Of a stretch of 64,000 bases of DNA, positions 13,447 to 29,245 are shown one piece after another. Position 1 is the stretch's first letter, and each line of letters begins with the position of its first letter. The position numbers were made by a program, and so were the translations under genes. Below the pieces are notes generated by a model. The model was not told the origin of the DNA. It did not search any database and saw only the letters and a program-made list of their open reading frames with translations. Source of the DNA: Octopus vulgaris (Eukaryota); contig OX597832.1 in the NCBI GenBank assembly GCA_951406725.2, positions 32,054,001 through 32,118,000 on the forward strand, written 5' to 3'.

Positions 13447-13525
<79 letters not shown>

Positions 13526-14192
13526 AATATATATACATGTATATATGCACATATGTCTCTGATTATATCTATATACATAAACATATGGCCTATATGAATA
13601 TAGATAGATTGATACATTTATACATAGAGAGATAAACACACATATTTATGTGCACTTACACACACACACACTCACAACACACACACACACGTATGCAGTG
13701 AACAAGAAAGCATAGAATGCTTCTATGATCAAACAGATTTGGTCTTCCATATTTCTGAGAGTATTAAGTGTGTGTATATATATATATATATATGTGCATG
13801 TGTACATCGGCCTGTGTATGAGTGTGTGCTTAAATGCACCATGCGTCGACTTATCAATTAAACGACTGCAGTAGCTACAAGTTAGTTCTTCTGATGCATT
13901 TCGGTTAGTTCTGATGCATCACGTTTCTGGCCATGCTGGATCACCACCTTCATGTTGTTACGCGTGTTTATTCCATGTGGGTGGGCGAGGATGGACGTGG
14001 TTAGTTGAAAGACAAGCTTCTTTCTAAAAGCATGTCCACGTGAGTAGGTATGGGTGTGTGTGTGTGTGTGTGCAAGTGTCAGTATGTGAGTGTGCGTTTA
14101 TGAGCGTGTCGTTGTGGGTGGACGTCCAGAATCGTCTACATGCTCGCGCGTGTGCATATATGCCATGTATATATATATGTATATATACATAT

Positions 14193-14270
<78 letters not shown>

Positions 14271-14284
14271 GTCGATATATATAC

Positions 14285-14335
<51 letters not shown>

Positions 14336-14532
14336 CACACACACACACAAGTACACAAATTTGTAAACATATGTATGCATATATGCATATAAATACACAT
14401 ATAAATACTATATACATATATGTATATTTACATGTACATATATATATATATATATATATATGTACATATATATACTTGCGTATGTATATCTATATCTTTA
14501 TCAATCTTTCTATCTATCTCTATATATATGTT

Positions 14533-14573
<41 letters not shown>

Positions 14574-14939
14574 TCACACACATATATGTATGTACATGCA
14601 TGTATCTACACCCGTGTATGTGTGTACAAGCGTAAGCGCTGGGCATTGAGATATCGCTATGACAGTGGAGGAAAATGGATGACCTCAATGAATATAAGTG
14701 CACAAATGATAGTTTATAATGGACAGGTCCACTCAGGCCTGATGGCTCACATAAAGACATGAAGCAACAAAAGCAACAACAACAACAACATCAACAACAA
14801 CAGCAGCAACAGCAAACTGGAGGAAATGGAGGACGCATGTAATGGGGAGTAATGGATGGAGAAAAAATATATATTACAAGCATTGAGATTTGAACAAAAC
14901 AACAAGGTAACGAGGAAATACAACAGGCATTGAGAATAG

Positions 14940-14941
14940 TA

Positions 14942-14997
<56 letters not shown>

Positions 14998-15251
14998 AAG
15001 AAAAATATACAAAAGCAAGAAGATAAAGAGGAAGGAAATAATAATAATAAAAATGTGAATAATAAGCGGAAGAAGAATTAGAATTAGAAGAAAAAGTAGA
15101 AGAATTGGAAGAAGAAGAAGAGGAAGAAGAAGAGGAATTGGAAGAAGAAGAAGAAGAAGAGGAAGAAGAAGGAGAAGAAGAAGAAGAAGAGAAGAAGAAG
15201 AAGAAGAAGAAGAAGAATAAGAAATTGTAAGAAGAAGAAGAAGAAGAAGGA

Positions 15252-15282
<31 letters not shown>

Positions 15283-15500
15283 AAGAAGAAGGAGAAGAAG
15301 AAGAATTGGAAGAAGAAGAATTGGAAGAAGAAGAAGAAGAAGAAGAAGAAGAAGAAGAAGGAGAAGAAGAAGAATTGGAAGAAGAAGAATTGGAAGAAGA
15401 AGAAGAAGAAGAAGAAGAAGAAGAAGAAGAAGAAGAAGCGGGCAGGAACGAGGACGAAAATGGAAAGAAGAAGAGGAAGGAGGAGGAGGAGAAGGAGACC
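14940..15500. repeat. (GAT)n and long (GAA)n arrays with duplicated variant blocks
   Basis: The block ggagaagaagaagaattggaagaagaagaattgg occurs twice (about 15291 and 15360). Confidence 0.9.
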
Positions 15501-15676
15501 AACAACATCGAGAAAGAGAAGGGGGAGAAGAAAAGCTGTTTTTATTATTTCCGTCCATTTTCGCATTTGTCCATTTCCTTTAGAAAGTCCACAACGTCCA
15601 ATTCCCATTCCACACAAGCAGGCAGACGCGCACATACATACACACACACACACATACATATGTATGTTTGTAAATA

Positions 15677-15719
<43 letters not shown>

Positions 15720-15964
15720 ATGTTTTTATGTACGTATGTATACAAACATACATACATACATACAAGCATGTATATCTTTTCATATGAAAGCTCTTACAGT
15801 TGTATCTTCCATTTTCTCTCTTTCTTTGTCTCTATTATATGATGATGTATAAGTCTATGCGTGCACCACACGTACAAATACGCGTGCGCGCGTATTTAGA
15901 CATATATGTGTTTGTGCATTATGCTACATATCTATCTATTTATATATATTTATATATACTGTGC

Positions 15965-16010
<46 letters not shown>

Positions 16011-16182
16011 TTATAAATTCATAGATTTAACCACTTAGCAGTAACTCTCTTATATTTAAGTATATATATATTTATATATATATGTACTGCGATGGTTTTA
16101 AGCAGGGTTGATTTTTACAATTCTTTAAATAATAAGAATAATAATAATGATTAAAATAATGATAATAATAATAATAATAATG

Positions 16183-16240
<58 letters not shown>

Positions 16241-16359
16241 TAATAATAATAATATTAATGATAATAATAATAATAATGATAATAATAATTTTAATAATAA
16301 TAATAAAAAATATATAGTAGTAATAATAATAATATATGTATACATATATTATAAAGTTT

Positions 16360-16810
16360 TTTGCTTATAAGCAATCATCGCGCAATAACTCCAGAAAACA
16401 GTCTAATAATGGGGCATATAAGCCCTCGGCAGAAATGTGGACATTCCTCTACGCGTGGGACTCGAACTCCGCCCCCTTATTTACTCGACCAAGTGTGCTA
16501 CTGCAACACCAACGCACAAACATGCTTCTTTCTGTCAGATTTAAGGACTGTAATTAGTTCGTAGTTGCTTTTGTAAACCATCGCAGTAAAAAGCACATGA
16601 AAGTTTGTTTACAAAAACAATTACGAACTAATTATAGTTCTTGCTGTTCGTTGCTGCAACGGTAGTACATTTGGTCGCGTAAACAAAGAGGTGTGGGTTC
16701 AAGTCCCACACGTACGGGAAAACCTAATTTTTTTTTCTGCCGAGGGCTTATATGCCCCATTATTAGACTACTTTCTGTAGTTTTTGCGAGGTGAACGTTT
16801 ATACGCTTTA
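16360..16810. mobile_element. Fold-back of two head-to-head tRNA-like (Pol III-type) units
   Basis: 16360-16578 is the inverse of 16607-16810 (e.g. agtctaataatggggcatataagccctcggcagaaa pairs exactly); B-box GGTTCAAGTCC at 16696-16706; T9 run at 16728-16736. Confidence 0.8.
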
Positions 16811-16831
16811 AGCTTATAAAATACTATTATC

Positions 16832-16882
<51 letters not shown>

Positions 16883-16887
<5 letters not shown>

Positions 16888-16973
16888 CAAAATAAGCAAC
16901 AAGGATATCCAGAGGTAATGCAATACGATCGTTTCATGCGACTCCATTTAATTGAACAACTGTGATGTTGTAA

Positions 16974-16975
<2 letters not shown>
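16883..16975 (-). mobile_element. 5'-truncated repeat carrying an HHR 3' half (GAAAC-GATC-GTA)
   Basis: Motif at 16924-16935 (minus); homologous copy at 53298-53370 (+). Confidence 0.6.
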
Positions 16976-17053
<78 letters not shown>

Positions 17054-17214
17054 CGTGTGTGTTTGTATGTATACATATATTTGTTTATATAAATTTTTAA
17101 AAATATGCACCTTTCTATCTATCTGTCTGTCTGTCTGTCTATCTTCCTCTCTATTTACCTGTCTATCAACTATCTTCTGCTTATCGATCAATCTCTGTAT
17201 CTATGTAGGTATTA

Positions 17215-17800
17215 GCCATGTACATATGGGAACTGTACTGGGACCACTACTGTTAGAAGTGGCTCTCTCAGGCGAAGAGCGTGAAACTCGTGGTGGAAAT
17301 TGAGGCAATCCAGCGCCACTACACAAAAGGAGGTTGACTCGGTCAAACAGATGAGCTACTGGAAAAGGTTACAAGAACTGAAGCTCTAGTCCCTTAGGAG
17401 AAGGAACGAAACGTCTGTAATGATACGCAAATTGAAGTTCTTGGAAGGTCTTGCTCCCAACAATGAAATTAAAAGCTTTAACATCCACCGAACTGGATGG
17501 CATTCTATAATACCAAAGATCCCGTCTTCGTCATCTGAAATAAGGGCCCAGCATTGCAACAGCTTGGGTTTCAGGAGACCACAACTGTTTAGCCTCCTGC
17601 CAAGGAAACCTTACAGATCTGCAAAGTGTAGATGTGGAAACGTTCACCTGGAAAAAATTCTATCTGAAATCCAAGATGAGCCCAGATTGCAACTGGAGGC
17701 ATAAAGAAGTGCAGTTTCGTACCAAAAATAGTACCGAAAGGGGAGCGCAAAACACTGAAAGGCAGTGCTCCAACATGGCCACAGACTCTGGTCGAAACCA
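17215..17800 (+). mobile_element. Degraded copy of the CR1/L2-group LINE (RT and 3' end, internally deleted)
   Basis: GTVLGPLL and NSLGFRRPQLF motifs; tail ggcagtgctccaacatggccacag. Confidence 0.85.
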
Positions 17801-19028
17801 GTCAAAAGGGTAAGAGAATAAATAATACACACATACACATATACACAAACACACACGCAGACACACACATATATAAATACATACATATTTATATGGAGAA
17901 ATAGGTTTATAGTTAGATAAAATGGTTACCACTTTATAAACATAGATATATAAACAGATATATGTTACTATAAATGTATATATATATATATATATGTATG
18001 CGTGTGTGTGATTGTGTGTGTGTGTGTGTGTTAGACTAAAGTTTAGAACTATAAATACACACACACACACACACACTTATATTTCTATATGAATATAAAG
18101 AATATAGAGATTTATGCGTATATATATGCACATTTATAATATATATATATATACAAGTATATAAAATATATTATATATATATATTGGCTGATTGATAGAT
18201 AGATTAGCTTATAGATTGATTTATAGAAATATTGACAGATAGGTAGATGGATAAAGAAGCTGAAACACTGAGAGATTGATTGACGAATAGAGAGCCAGGG
18301 ATGGAGATAGATTTAGATATAGATACAGATATAATGAACTACACCCACACACTCTTGTATATAACACAACCTGCGCTGAATTCCGACAACCTATGAAAGT
18401 GCATAAAAGGAATTACAACCATAAATTCTAATTTATCCTTTAATTCTAGCTGACACCTCAAAATGGGAACTTATGATTTACTTATCACCAACCATCAATT
18501 TATTCCTCCCCTCACATCAAACCTGCTGTTATAATTTTTGCCTGTGGTTTTTTTATATTTATAACATTGTGGTTTTATTATTCGTGTTGTTGCTGTTGCT
18601 GTTGTTGTTGTTGTTGTTGTTGTTTAATGTTGTTTGCAAGCATTAACCTGAAATGCATGTGGCATACTTAAGTAAACCTTGTTAGTGTTCTCACTGCTAC
18701 CCATTATGTTCCACATCTAAATTCTGCTTTGCTATAGCTTAATCACTCATGCACATATATACATACATATACATACATGTGTATATATATATACACATAT
18801 ATATGATATATGTATATATATATCTATAATATAATATATATATAGTATAAATACAGATATATATATATATAAAATATAATATATATATATATACATATAT
18901 AATATGTATGCATATAATATATATATATACACATATATATATATATATCATATGGTATATACATATATGTGTGTGTGTGTATATATAAATGTATGTATAT
19001 ATACATATGCATATGTGTGGATATATAC

Positions 19029-19065
<37 letters not shown>

Positions 19066-19445
19066 GACAGATAGATAGATAGATAAATTCATAAATATAT
19101 CGACATGTTTCTACTTATACATATATATATATATATATATGGATATAAAGTGGTGTGCGTCTATTGGACATACTTTTGTGCTTGTTCGTGTGAGTGTAGA
19201 AACGCATACACACACCAACACACACCAACACACACCAACACACACACCAACTCATATTCATATAGCTACATGCATATTTATAGATTGATTTATTGAGTTG
19301 ACAAGATGCATATATAAATGTTTCTAAGTCATATTCCATAAATCCTGTGCAGATGTATACGTGTGTGTATAAACACATAGTATACCGCACACAAATATAC
19401 ACACATACATACACACACATTTATATATTGATAAATAGTTAAAGT

Positions 19446-19481
<36 letters not shown>

Positions 19482-20429
19482 GGGAGAGAGTGAGAAGGAG
19501 ATGAAAGCTTATACATATAATAGTTTTAGCATACATGCACGCATACTTCATATTTGTTTATATATGTCTATATCTATCAAGGTGTCTATCTATCTCTGTC
19601 TCTCTCTACCCAGCCTTCTCTGTATATGTCTCCCTGTCTATATACAATGCATACTTTCACCTACCCATCTGCTCATATATGTGTGTGATGTATCTGTGTG
19701 GCATTGTATAGCGAAATACTTTGGATACAGACACAGGTATATGGATAAAGAGAGAGGAAAATTCTTTAATACCCATAACAGGGTATGGTTTTCATAATTC
19801 CAACGTACCCCAATTTTGTTCGGTGAAGTTGATTGTTTATGGAAAATAATAAATTAAGCTTACAATCTACGCTGGTATATTATCACCTGCAGAAGGTAGA
19901 ACAGGATATATTAGAATTTGCCATATTCGAAAGTAATAAGATTGTGAGGTAGGATACTTCAACAAATTTATTTATGTCACTAAAACAGCCTTTTCTCGAT
20001 TAGAAGAGATTTCAGCAGAAATTGATTTCTATAACAATTTTTTATTTAAAATATTTTTGGTCTTGGTTGCAAGATACAGAATGTGAGCCTGTATGCTGAA
20101 GCATATTGTGTTGCACACGCACTGACACTGAATCACTTCTTTACTTACGTTAGTCAATCGTTCAACCATTTAATCAATGAATTAATCGATGGATAAAATT
20201 ATTAATTTCGTAATCGATGATTGTATGATAGATGTGAGGGTATTACCCAAAATAGATTAGAGGCTTGTGAGTTCAATATCAAAGGTAGGTAGATTCAACA
20301 CACGACATTGATAGGGAAGGCATGGATGTTAAATAATTCTGAACGGAAAAGAGTAGAGACGAAATCAATCGCAAATCTTTGAGTTAAGTCAAATGGAACA
20401 GAAGAGAGAAGCTTTTCACTTTCTTCTTT

Positions 20430-20600
20430 TATATTTTTCAGTCATTACACTTCGGACATGCTGGAGCATCGCCGTCAAGATTTTTTAGTCGAAGGAGTCG
20501 ACTATAGCGATTGTGGACTTTTAAAGCTGGATACTTAATCTATCGGTTACGGGGACTTAAACACATCAACATCGATTGTCAAGCAATTGTGCTGGACAAT
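20430..20600 (-). mobile_element. SINE 3' part with LINE-type tail
   Basis: ttcagtca...atgctggagcatcgcc...ttacggggac matches 146-310. Confidence 0.7.
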
Positions 20601-21222
20601 CACAAACGCTCCGCCCATTTACATAGATATATGTGTATAGAGATAGATAAATAGATAGAAAGATAGATAAATATGTGTTTGTAAACGACGGTCGTCTTTC
20701 TGCTTTGCACTTTATTTCTACGAGTGTATATGGATATTCGTTGAGCGAAGTCGTACCTCGTTCATATATTCACGGATATTCGTGAAGTTACGCTATGGAA
20801 TACCGTCCCTGATGATAACAATAGGTAATATTTTTTAAACTTTAAGCTGGAAACAAGATCTTGAATGCGGTTAAACGAACGTTTTAATCCATTTTCTTTC
20901 TATTGCTAGCCCATTATGTAGTGTGTTATTCTCGGAGTATTTATGGTGGTAAAACTATTTTCAAGTCTGTTTTTCGGCACGCGGTGAAGCACATAGCCAA
21001 GCCCTTGTTATAATTATGTATATAATTATATAATATATATATATATATATATATACACTTCTGTAGTTTATATGCAAATACGCACACGCATAAACACAAA
21101 CACGCGCACACATACACACATATACACACATACATGCATACATACATACAGGTAGACAGACAGACAGGCACATATATATTTGTGTGCAGAAATGCATTTC
21201 TTTATGCATATATTGCTATATG

Positions 21223-21310
<88 letters not shown>

Positions 21311-21312
<2 letters not shown>

Positions 21313-22662
21313 AATTGAGATAGGGGTTGTAAATGCAACCCTCCATGGGATAACATATATCCAATATACTGCTAGTGAAGTACCCAACAAAGTTAATACA
21401 TAAATGTTAAGGATTGCGATGCAATCAATACATTAACTGTATTATATGGGTTGAGGTGTCGATGTGTGTGAAAATGTGTATGTGTACGTATGTATATTTT
21501 TGTACGTATAGGTATGTTCGTGGGTGGATGTACGGATGTATGTTTTTCTTATACATTGTGTGCGAATGTTCTCTGATACATTATATGAGAGTGTATTAAT
21601 ATTTATGAGTATATGCGGATGTGCGTGTGAGTGTGTGTGTTAGTGTATAGACACTGCTCCTTTTTTTGATTTGTCTATAAGCCATGCGAATACAGACATG
21701 CACTCTGCAATCTAGTGAATGTGTAGGGATGTGTCGGGGTGTATTCATGTGTGTGTGCATGTGTGTGTGGGTTTTTATGTGGACGTGTGGGTTTAGGGTT
21801 CGATGTGGATGTGGATGTTTTTCTTGTGCAGTGTGGTGGAGGTCGGGTGGCTCTCAACGGACCAACCATGAGGTAGACAATGATAATTTAAATTCAAAGC
21901 CAATAGTACAATTATGTCATAAGGAAAATTACTAACTGGAACCCAGACATACATATGTGCCACTTCGGATCCTAATGTAAGCGTTATTAATAATATTATG
22001 AATGATAATAATGGTAGCATTAATGGTATTGACAACGATAATGATGCTAACTTTAATGACACTTTTGAAATTAGTAGGAAGTAATATAATGTACTATTGA
22101 CTATGTATATTTGCATCTAGGTGCTAATATGTGTATGTTTATTAGTACAATATTAAGTTGAAGAACTGAAACGTTGAGTGTGGAACATATATATGTTTAC
22201 TAATTTATATTATTTATTTACATTATTATGTATATGTATATTTTTATGTGTATAGGAGTGTGAGTATATGCACTCATATGTATATGTATATCTCCGATGA
22301 GGCCTTATGATATTTTTGTAAATGTCTCATTTATATCTATATATTGACCTACCATAAAAGGCTAATATTGGTAAAATGAGACATACATATCTACATGACC
22401 GAAACAGCTGTAAGATGTAATCTATACTTATATTTATATTTACTTATATTTATATTCTCTTTTTTATATATATTCTACTTGTTATACAACATTACTCTTT
22501 TATGTACACTTTTTTATGTACATTCCTTTATGTACACTGATTTGTTCTGCTTTTTAATGTTTAACCCTACAGTCTGTTATGTGGTGGTTTAATAAAGTAT
22601 GTGATTGAGTATTATCTGGTAATTGATATTTGATTTAGATGTATTTCTCCATTTTCTTATCT

Positions 22663-22665
<3 letters not shown>
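21311..22665 (+). mobile_element. Non-coding Penelope-like/retrozyme-like insert between (TA)n arrays, carrying an HHR
   Basis: Bounded by (TA)n on both sides; HHR motif near the 3' end, followed by a T-rich tract and aataaa. Confidence 0.5.
22287..22419 (+). ncRNA. Type I hammerhead motif with ~100-nt stem II and U4C core variant
   Basis: Stem I tatatct/agatgta; CCGATGA 22294-22300; stem II contains atgtctcattt/aaatgagacat; GAAAC-AGCT-GTA at 22401-22412. Confidence 0.7.
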
Positions 22666-22721
<56 letters not shown>

Positions 22722-22825
22722 GTATATATACATATACGTAGAGGATAGACAGAGAGACACATAATCACTCCTGCAGATACCTATGATTCTGCATATAGAT
22801 ATATACAAAGAAAATTAACTGTGTA

Positions 22826-22867
<42 letters not shown>

Positions 22868-23662
22868 TTTGGTAACCGAAACTTAACGTACGACATGTAC
22901 CGAAGTAAGAATGTTTCTTGCAAATGACATCCAATCATCCAATCACATATTTATCCTACATGTTTAGTCACATGTTAACAATCTGCCGTTTTATTTTTCT
23001 TTAAAGCATTAGCGCCACCTATACGGATTGGTTAGGTTGTAATATAAATGAACACAAACTTTACCAAGAAATTATTGTTATTTTTTCCTCTATTTCTGTA
23101 AACCAAACATTAAAGCAGCCTAATGCAAAAGCTATCGTACAATTTGTTTAACCCTTTGAACTCCAAGATAAATTATCAAATGAGGAAATTAGAAAAAAAT
23201 AATGATAAAAAAAGAATATAATACATATTGGTAAAAATATTCTGCGCTAATTTTTTCAGGCTTCTGATCTAAATTTTTAATATATTTCTGCTTTGCAATT
23301 GTGATACTGTTTTTCTAAGAAGTCTTCAGTTAGCTTGTTGTAATCAAAAATTGACAGGAGTATAAATTGGGAAAAACTGCATGGAATATACGGTATGTGG
23401 GTTTTTTTTCTGTTCGTTTGGAAATTATGATACAGTCGAGTTCTTAATGAGGTATTATTGGGGGTGGATGTGTACATGTGGATCTGTCTACATAGACGCT
23501 GCTACGCGTTTATATATATGGACTAGCATGGAAGCATAGTAAAGTGTCATACACACATATATACATGGGCATATGTATAGATGTATATATAAGTTTATAC
23601 ACATATCTGTGTGTGTGTGTGTGTGTACCAACATGCATGTGTGTACATGTACAATGAACATA

Positions 23663-23727
<65 letters not shown>

Positions 23728-23871
23728 TTATATATATATATATATATATATATACAAACACACATCACATGCACACACACATATATATTAATATAAATAT
23801 ATATGAATATATGTATGTGCATGTATACATATATGCAGACATAGAAACATACATACGTATATATGTATGTG

Positions 23872-23921
<50 letters not shown>

Positions 23922-24626
23922 TGCATATATACGTGCATATGCATGCATATATTGAGAGAGAGAGAGAGAGAGAGAGTAACTGAGAAGCTGATGTTATGTG
24001 TATATCTTTATATATGCATGTGTGTTTGCATATGTAAATCTGTATTTGTGTGCTTATATTTACACATGTAAGTTTGTGTTTGTGAGCACGTGCATTCGTG
24101 CCTCTCACATGGCCGCCAGCGAACGCGTGTTTGCGTTGCGCGTGTTACTACTTATAAGAATACTATGGTTTCTTGTGTGTGCATCATTTGTGTGAGATCC
24201 ACTGTTCACCCGTTAGCAAAGACAACCAAATAAAAACAACTCAGTAAGCTTCATTGTAGTAACGTTTGTATACGAGTTTATATTGTGGTACAACAGAGCG
24301 AAGTTTATTTACTGATTAAAGCTAAAGAAATGGGTTTCAAACTCTGGTGTTGCTTTCAAATAACTTCTTCATTTTCAAGTAATTATTGAAAGCACGCATA
24401 CACACACACAAACACACAGACGCACACACGCACGCGCTCACACATACGTTCACATACATACGACCAGTTGCATACATATATACACATTTTCACATTATAT
24501 ACCTACAAATATATATTCATACACATACATGGACATCATATATGTGTATCTCTCTGCATGTAGATATATGTGTATATAAACATATGCATTGTATATGTAT
24601 TATGTATGTATATATATATGTATATA

Positions 24627-24676
<50 letters not shown>

Positions 24677-25198
24677 AGAAAGAGGGAGAGAGAAAGAGAG
24701 AGAGAGAAAGAGAGAGATAACCAAGCAATTTTAGGTGCAAATATTCATACTTAAACACATAAACACAATCACACAGAGAGACAGACACACATACACGATT
24801 ACACACATACTCACACACACACACACACGCACACACGCACATATATCTCAGAGCGTCGATTGATGATTTTTCTGTTCTTCGTTTAACCAAACATCTAACT
24901 AATTACTAAATTATAACGGAATTATTATTGAGTAATCGATCAAATATTTCACAAACACCGATAAATCTCCGGGAGAAATGCATAACACACAGCACAAGAA
25001 GACGGATGGGTCAAATTATGGCTAAATTCCATGCAGTTTCCGTCTCCTTAACTTGACTAACAAGATTTCAGTGGTGGGGGCCATGTTGCAAGGCCCTTGT
25101 TGAAGCTGGGCCACTGTACGGTTCAATAACGTCTCGTGATTGCTTGGTAGATAATTGCTTGGGCTTGTTGTAGGGTAGAATTAAGTACCATCAGGCGG

Positions 25199-25199
<1 letters not shown>

Positions 25200-25244
<45 letters not shown>

Positions 25245-25300
25245 TTTATCACCATCATCATCATCATCATCATCATCATCTTTATCACCATCATCATCAT

Positions 25301-25333
<33 letters not shown>

Positions 25334-25760
25334 GTGCAGCTAGTCCAATGGCCAGAGCAACAGCAATAACAAAAACATTTGCATTTTCAGCCCAAAACTG
25401 ATGCGAAAATTAATAGCCATCATTGTCATCACTATCACCCTGATTAAGACCATCCACATCACCATTATCATCATCATAATCCTCCTCCACCTCATCATCA
25501 TCATCATCATCATCGTCATCGTCGTGGTCGTCGTAGTCGTCGTCGTCATCATCATCATCATTGTCATCTACGACAAGATCAACAACAGCAACAGACTCAT
25601 AAATAACAAATAACACATGAATAAAAATCCCTCCCTCAAAAAGAAGGAAAAGAAGAAGAACAACAACAACAAAAACAAATACAACAACAACTATAGCAAC
25701 AGCAAACAAAACAAACAGCCTAAATTGCAACAACAATTCGAGGAACAGCAACAACAGCGC
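25200..25760. repeat. (CAT)n/(CAG)n/(CGT)n/(AAC)n compound microsatellite
   Basis: Direct inspection. Confidence 0.9.
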
Positions 25761-25994
25761 AATACGAAAATATGTCCTGCAGAAATGTCTTCCAGAATTG
25801 AATGTAATAAACTGAAAATATTTTCATGGCATTGAATTCTCTGAGAGCATATTTCAAAACATTGCAGATGTCTTGGACAGTTCTTCATTGAAGATTTCAA
25901 CCAGCAAGAATTTGCATAAATATTGAATTTTTCAAGAATACTGCTCGATCAAGTATGCTATCGAATCTATTGGAATGGCTAAGTAACTAGGATA

Positions 25995-26770
<776 letters not shown>

Positions 26771-26913
26771 ACGTTTTGGTGCTTGTGCGTATATGCATGT
26801 AAGGGTTGTTTTAATATGCATGTATACATGCATACAAACATACATGCGAACATCTATATACATGTACATACATGCAGATATGTATGTAAATATAAATGTG
26901 TGTGTGTGTGTGT

Positions 26914-26953
<40 letters not shown>

Positions 26954-27168
26954 CTGTAGGCATGCATGTATAATTTATGTAATATTTCTCCTCGACAGGC
27001 TTACGTCAAGTCCGGAGTAAACTGGAATTGAATTATTTATAATTGTTCTTTCGGTATTTGTGTGAAAAATAATAAGAATTTATGAACAAGGTCACATGCA
27101 CTCTGTTGAATTCATTGAGATCTTAGTGTCACACACGCCGAATATATGTATATACATACATATATAGA

Positions 27169-27234
<66 letters not shown>

Positions 27235-27397
27235 ACGACAAGCTTCTTTCATTTTCTGTCTACCAAATTCACACAAGGCTTTGGTCGGCTCGAAGCTATA
27301 GTAGAAGAGACTTGCCGAAGGTTCCACGCAATGGGACTGAACCCGGAACCACGTTTTTGGTAAGCAAGCTACCTACCACATACCCACTCCTGCGCCC
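27235..27397 (-). mobile_element. tRNA-derived SINE head+body
   Basis: Minus strand ggcgcaggagtgg..tgtggtaggtagcttgcttacc...ggttccgggttcagtccc. Confidence 0.8.
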
Positions 27398-28088
27398 ATA
27401 TATATATATATATACATACATATATGTATATGCATATATATGTACATATATACATATATATATATTTATATATATACATATATGTACATATATGTATATA
27501 TACATATATATACATATATGTATATATACATATATATACATATATGTATATATATATGTATATATGTGTACGCACGTACACACACTCTCTCTCTCACACA
27601 CACACACAATTATATATATATACACACATATATATACATACTTCTGCTGCATATGAATGGTTTCGAGTGTGTGAATGCGTGCGACATTCGTATACAGTTC
27701 CAGAGCTAATCTATAAGTATGGAAAGCCATACAACATATTAGACATAAACACAGATCCTGTCGCACTGTGGACAGAGATAGATATTGTAGATATGGACAT
27801 AAGCAAAAGTTCAAACGATTATCAGACATCTTGACTTAATTTTGATATATGTTATGTGTTCACAAGCGAACGCTATCAATACAATGGGGCTATTTGCAGA
27901 AATTTAATAGTGTGTTGCTTATATCTGTTATATTAATTATTGCAGCTGAGAACATTATGATCTGATCGCTTGCCTCTCTTTCTCTCTAATTTATTATCGC
28001 ACATTCAGTCTCTCTCACTTTCCCTCCCTCCCTCACTGTTTCTCTATTTCTCTGTCTCTCTGTATCTATGTGTCTAATTTATCCCCTA

Positions 28089-28132
<44 letters not shown>

Positions 28133-28265
28133 GAGACATTGACAGATAAAAAAATTCTTATAGATATGTATGTGCGTGAGTATATATATATATGTGTGTG
28201 TGTATATATAGGTATGTATATATATATATATATATATGTTTACATATGGGATGTACATATATATA

Positions 28266-28376
<111 letters not shown>

Positions 28377-28385
28377 ATATGTATA

Positions 28386-28425
<40 letters not shown>

Positions 28426-28640
28426 CTCACATATATATATTCACTTTTATGTTATTTTACTTGTTTCAGTTATGACGCTCCGGTCATGCTGGGGCAACGC
28501 CTTGAATATCTTTGCTAATTACATCGACTAACTGTTCTTAACTCTTGAATTTATTCTCGGAATGTCTGTTGTCAAAAAATCAGTTTGCAGATATGCAAAC
28601 GATCATCGTTGGTTAGTAAGAGTGGAGGCACACACACGCA

Positions 28641-28681
<41 letters not shown>

Positions 28682-28830
28682 ACATACACACACACAGACA
28701 CACACGCATGCACAGACACACACAAACACACACACACGCATAAATATATCCTTGAATTATATATATGTGTTTATGGATTCATTATAGGAAACGCAATCAT
28801 ACACACATACATACATACATGCATATATGA

Positions 28831-28861
<31 letters not shown>

Positions 28862-28863
28862 CA

Positions 28864-29245
28864 CGTGGCAATTCGTCGGTTACGACGACGAAGGTTCCAG
28901 TTGATCCGATCAACGGAACAGCCTACTCGTAAATTGAACTGCAAGTGGCTGAGCATTCCACAGACATGTGTACCCTTAACGTAGTTCTTGGGGGAGATTC
29001 AGCGCGAAACAGTGTGTGACAAGACTGACCCATTGAAATACAGGTACAACAGAAACAGGAAGAAAGAGTGAGAGAAAGTTGTGGTGAAAGAGTACTGCAG
29101 GGTTCGCCAGAACCCTGTACCGGAGCCACGTGGAGCTTTATGTGTTTTCGCTCAATAGACACTCACAACGCCGGGTCTGGGAATCGAAACACAGACCTAT
29201 CACTGCAAGTGTTCTGCCCTAACCCCTAGGCCATTGCGTTTTCAC
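28864..29245 (-). mobile_element. tRNA-derived SINE (head shared with 52003-52297, different tail)
   Basis: A/B boxes (tggcctaggggttagggc; gtttcgattccc); body shared with the 52003 copy up to agaagaaagagtg. Confidence 0.8.

Noticed and set aside
15306-15842. Acidic poly-E ORF
   Set aside because: (GAA)n array; runs into (CA)n/(TA)n and has no splice context
16646-16714. Functional tRNA gene
   Set aside because: Acceptor and anticodon stems are imperfect and it lies within a repeat arm; SINE heads were rejected as tRNAs for the same reason
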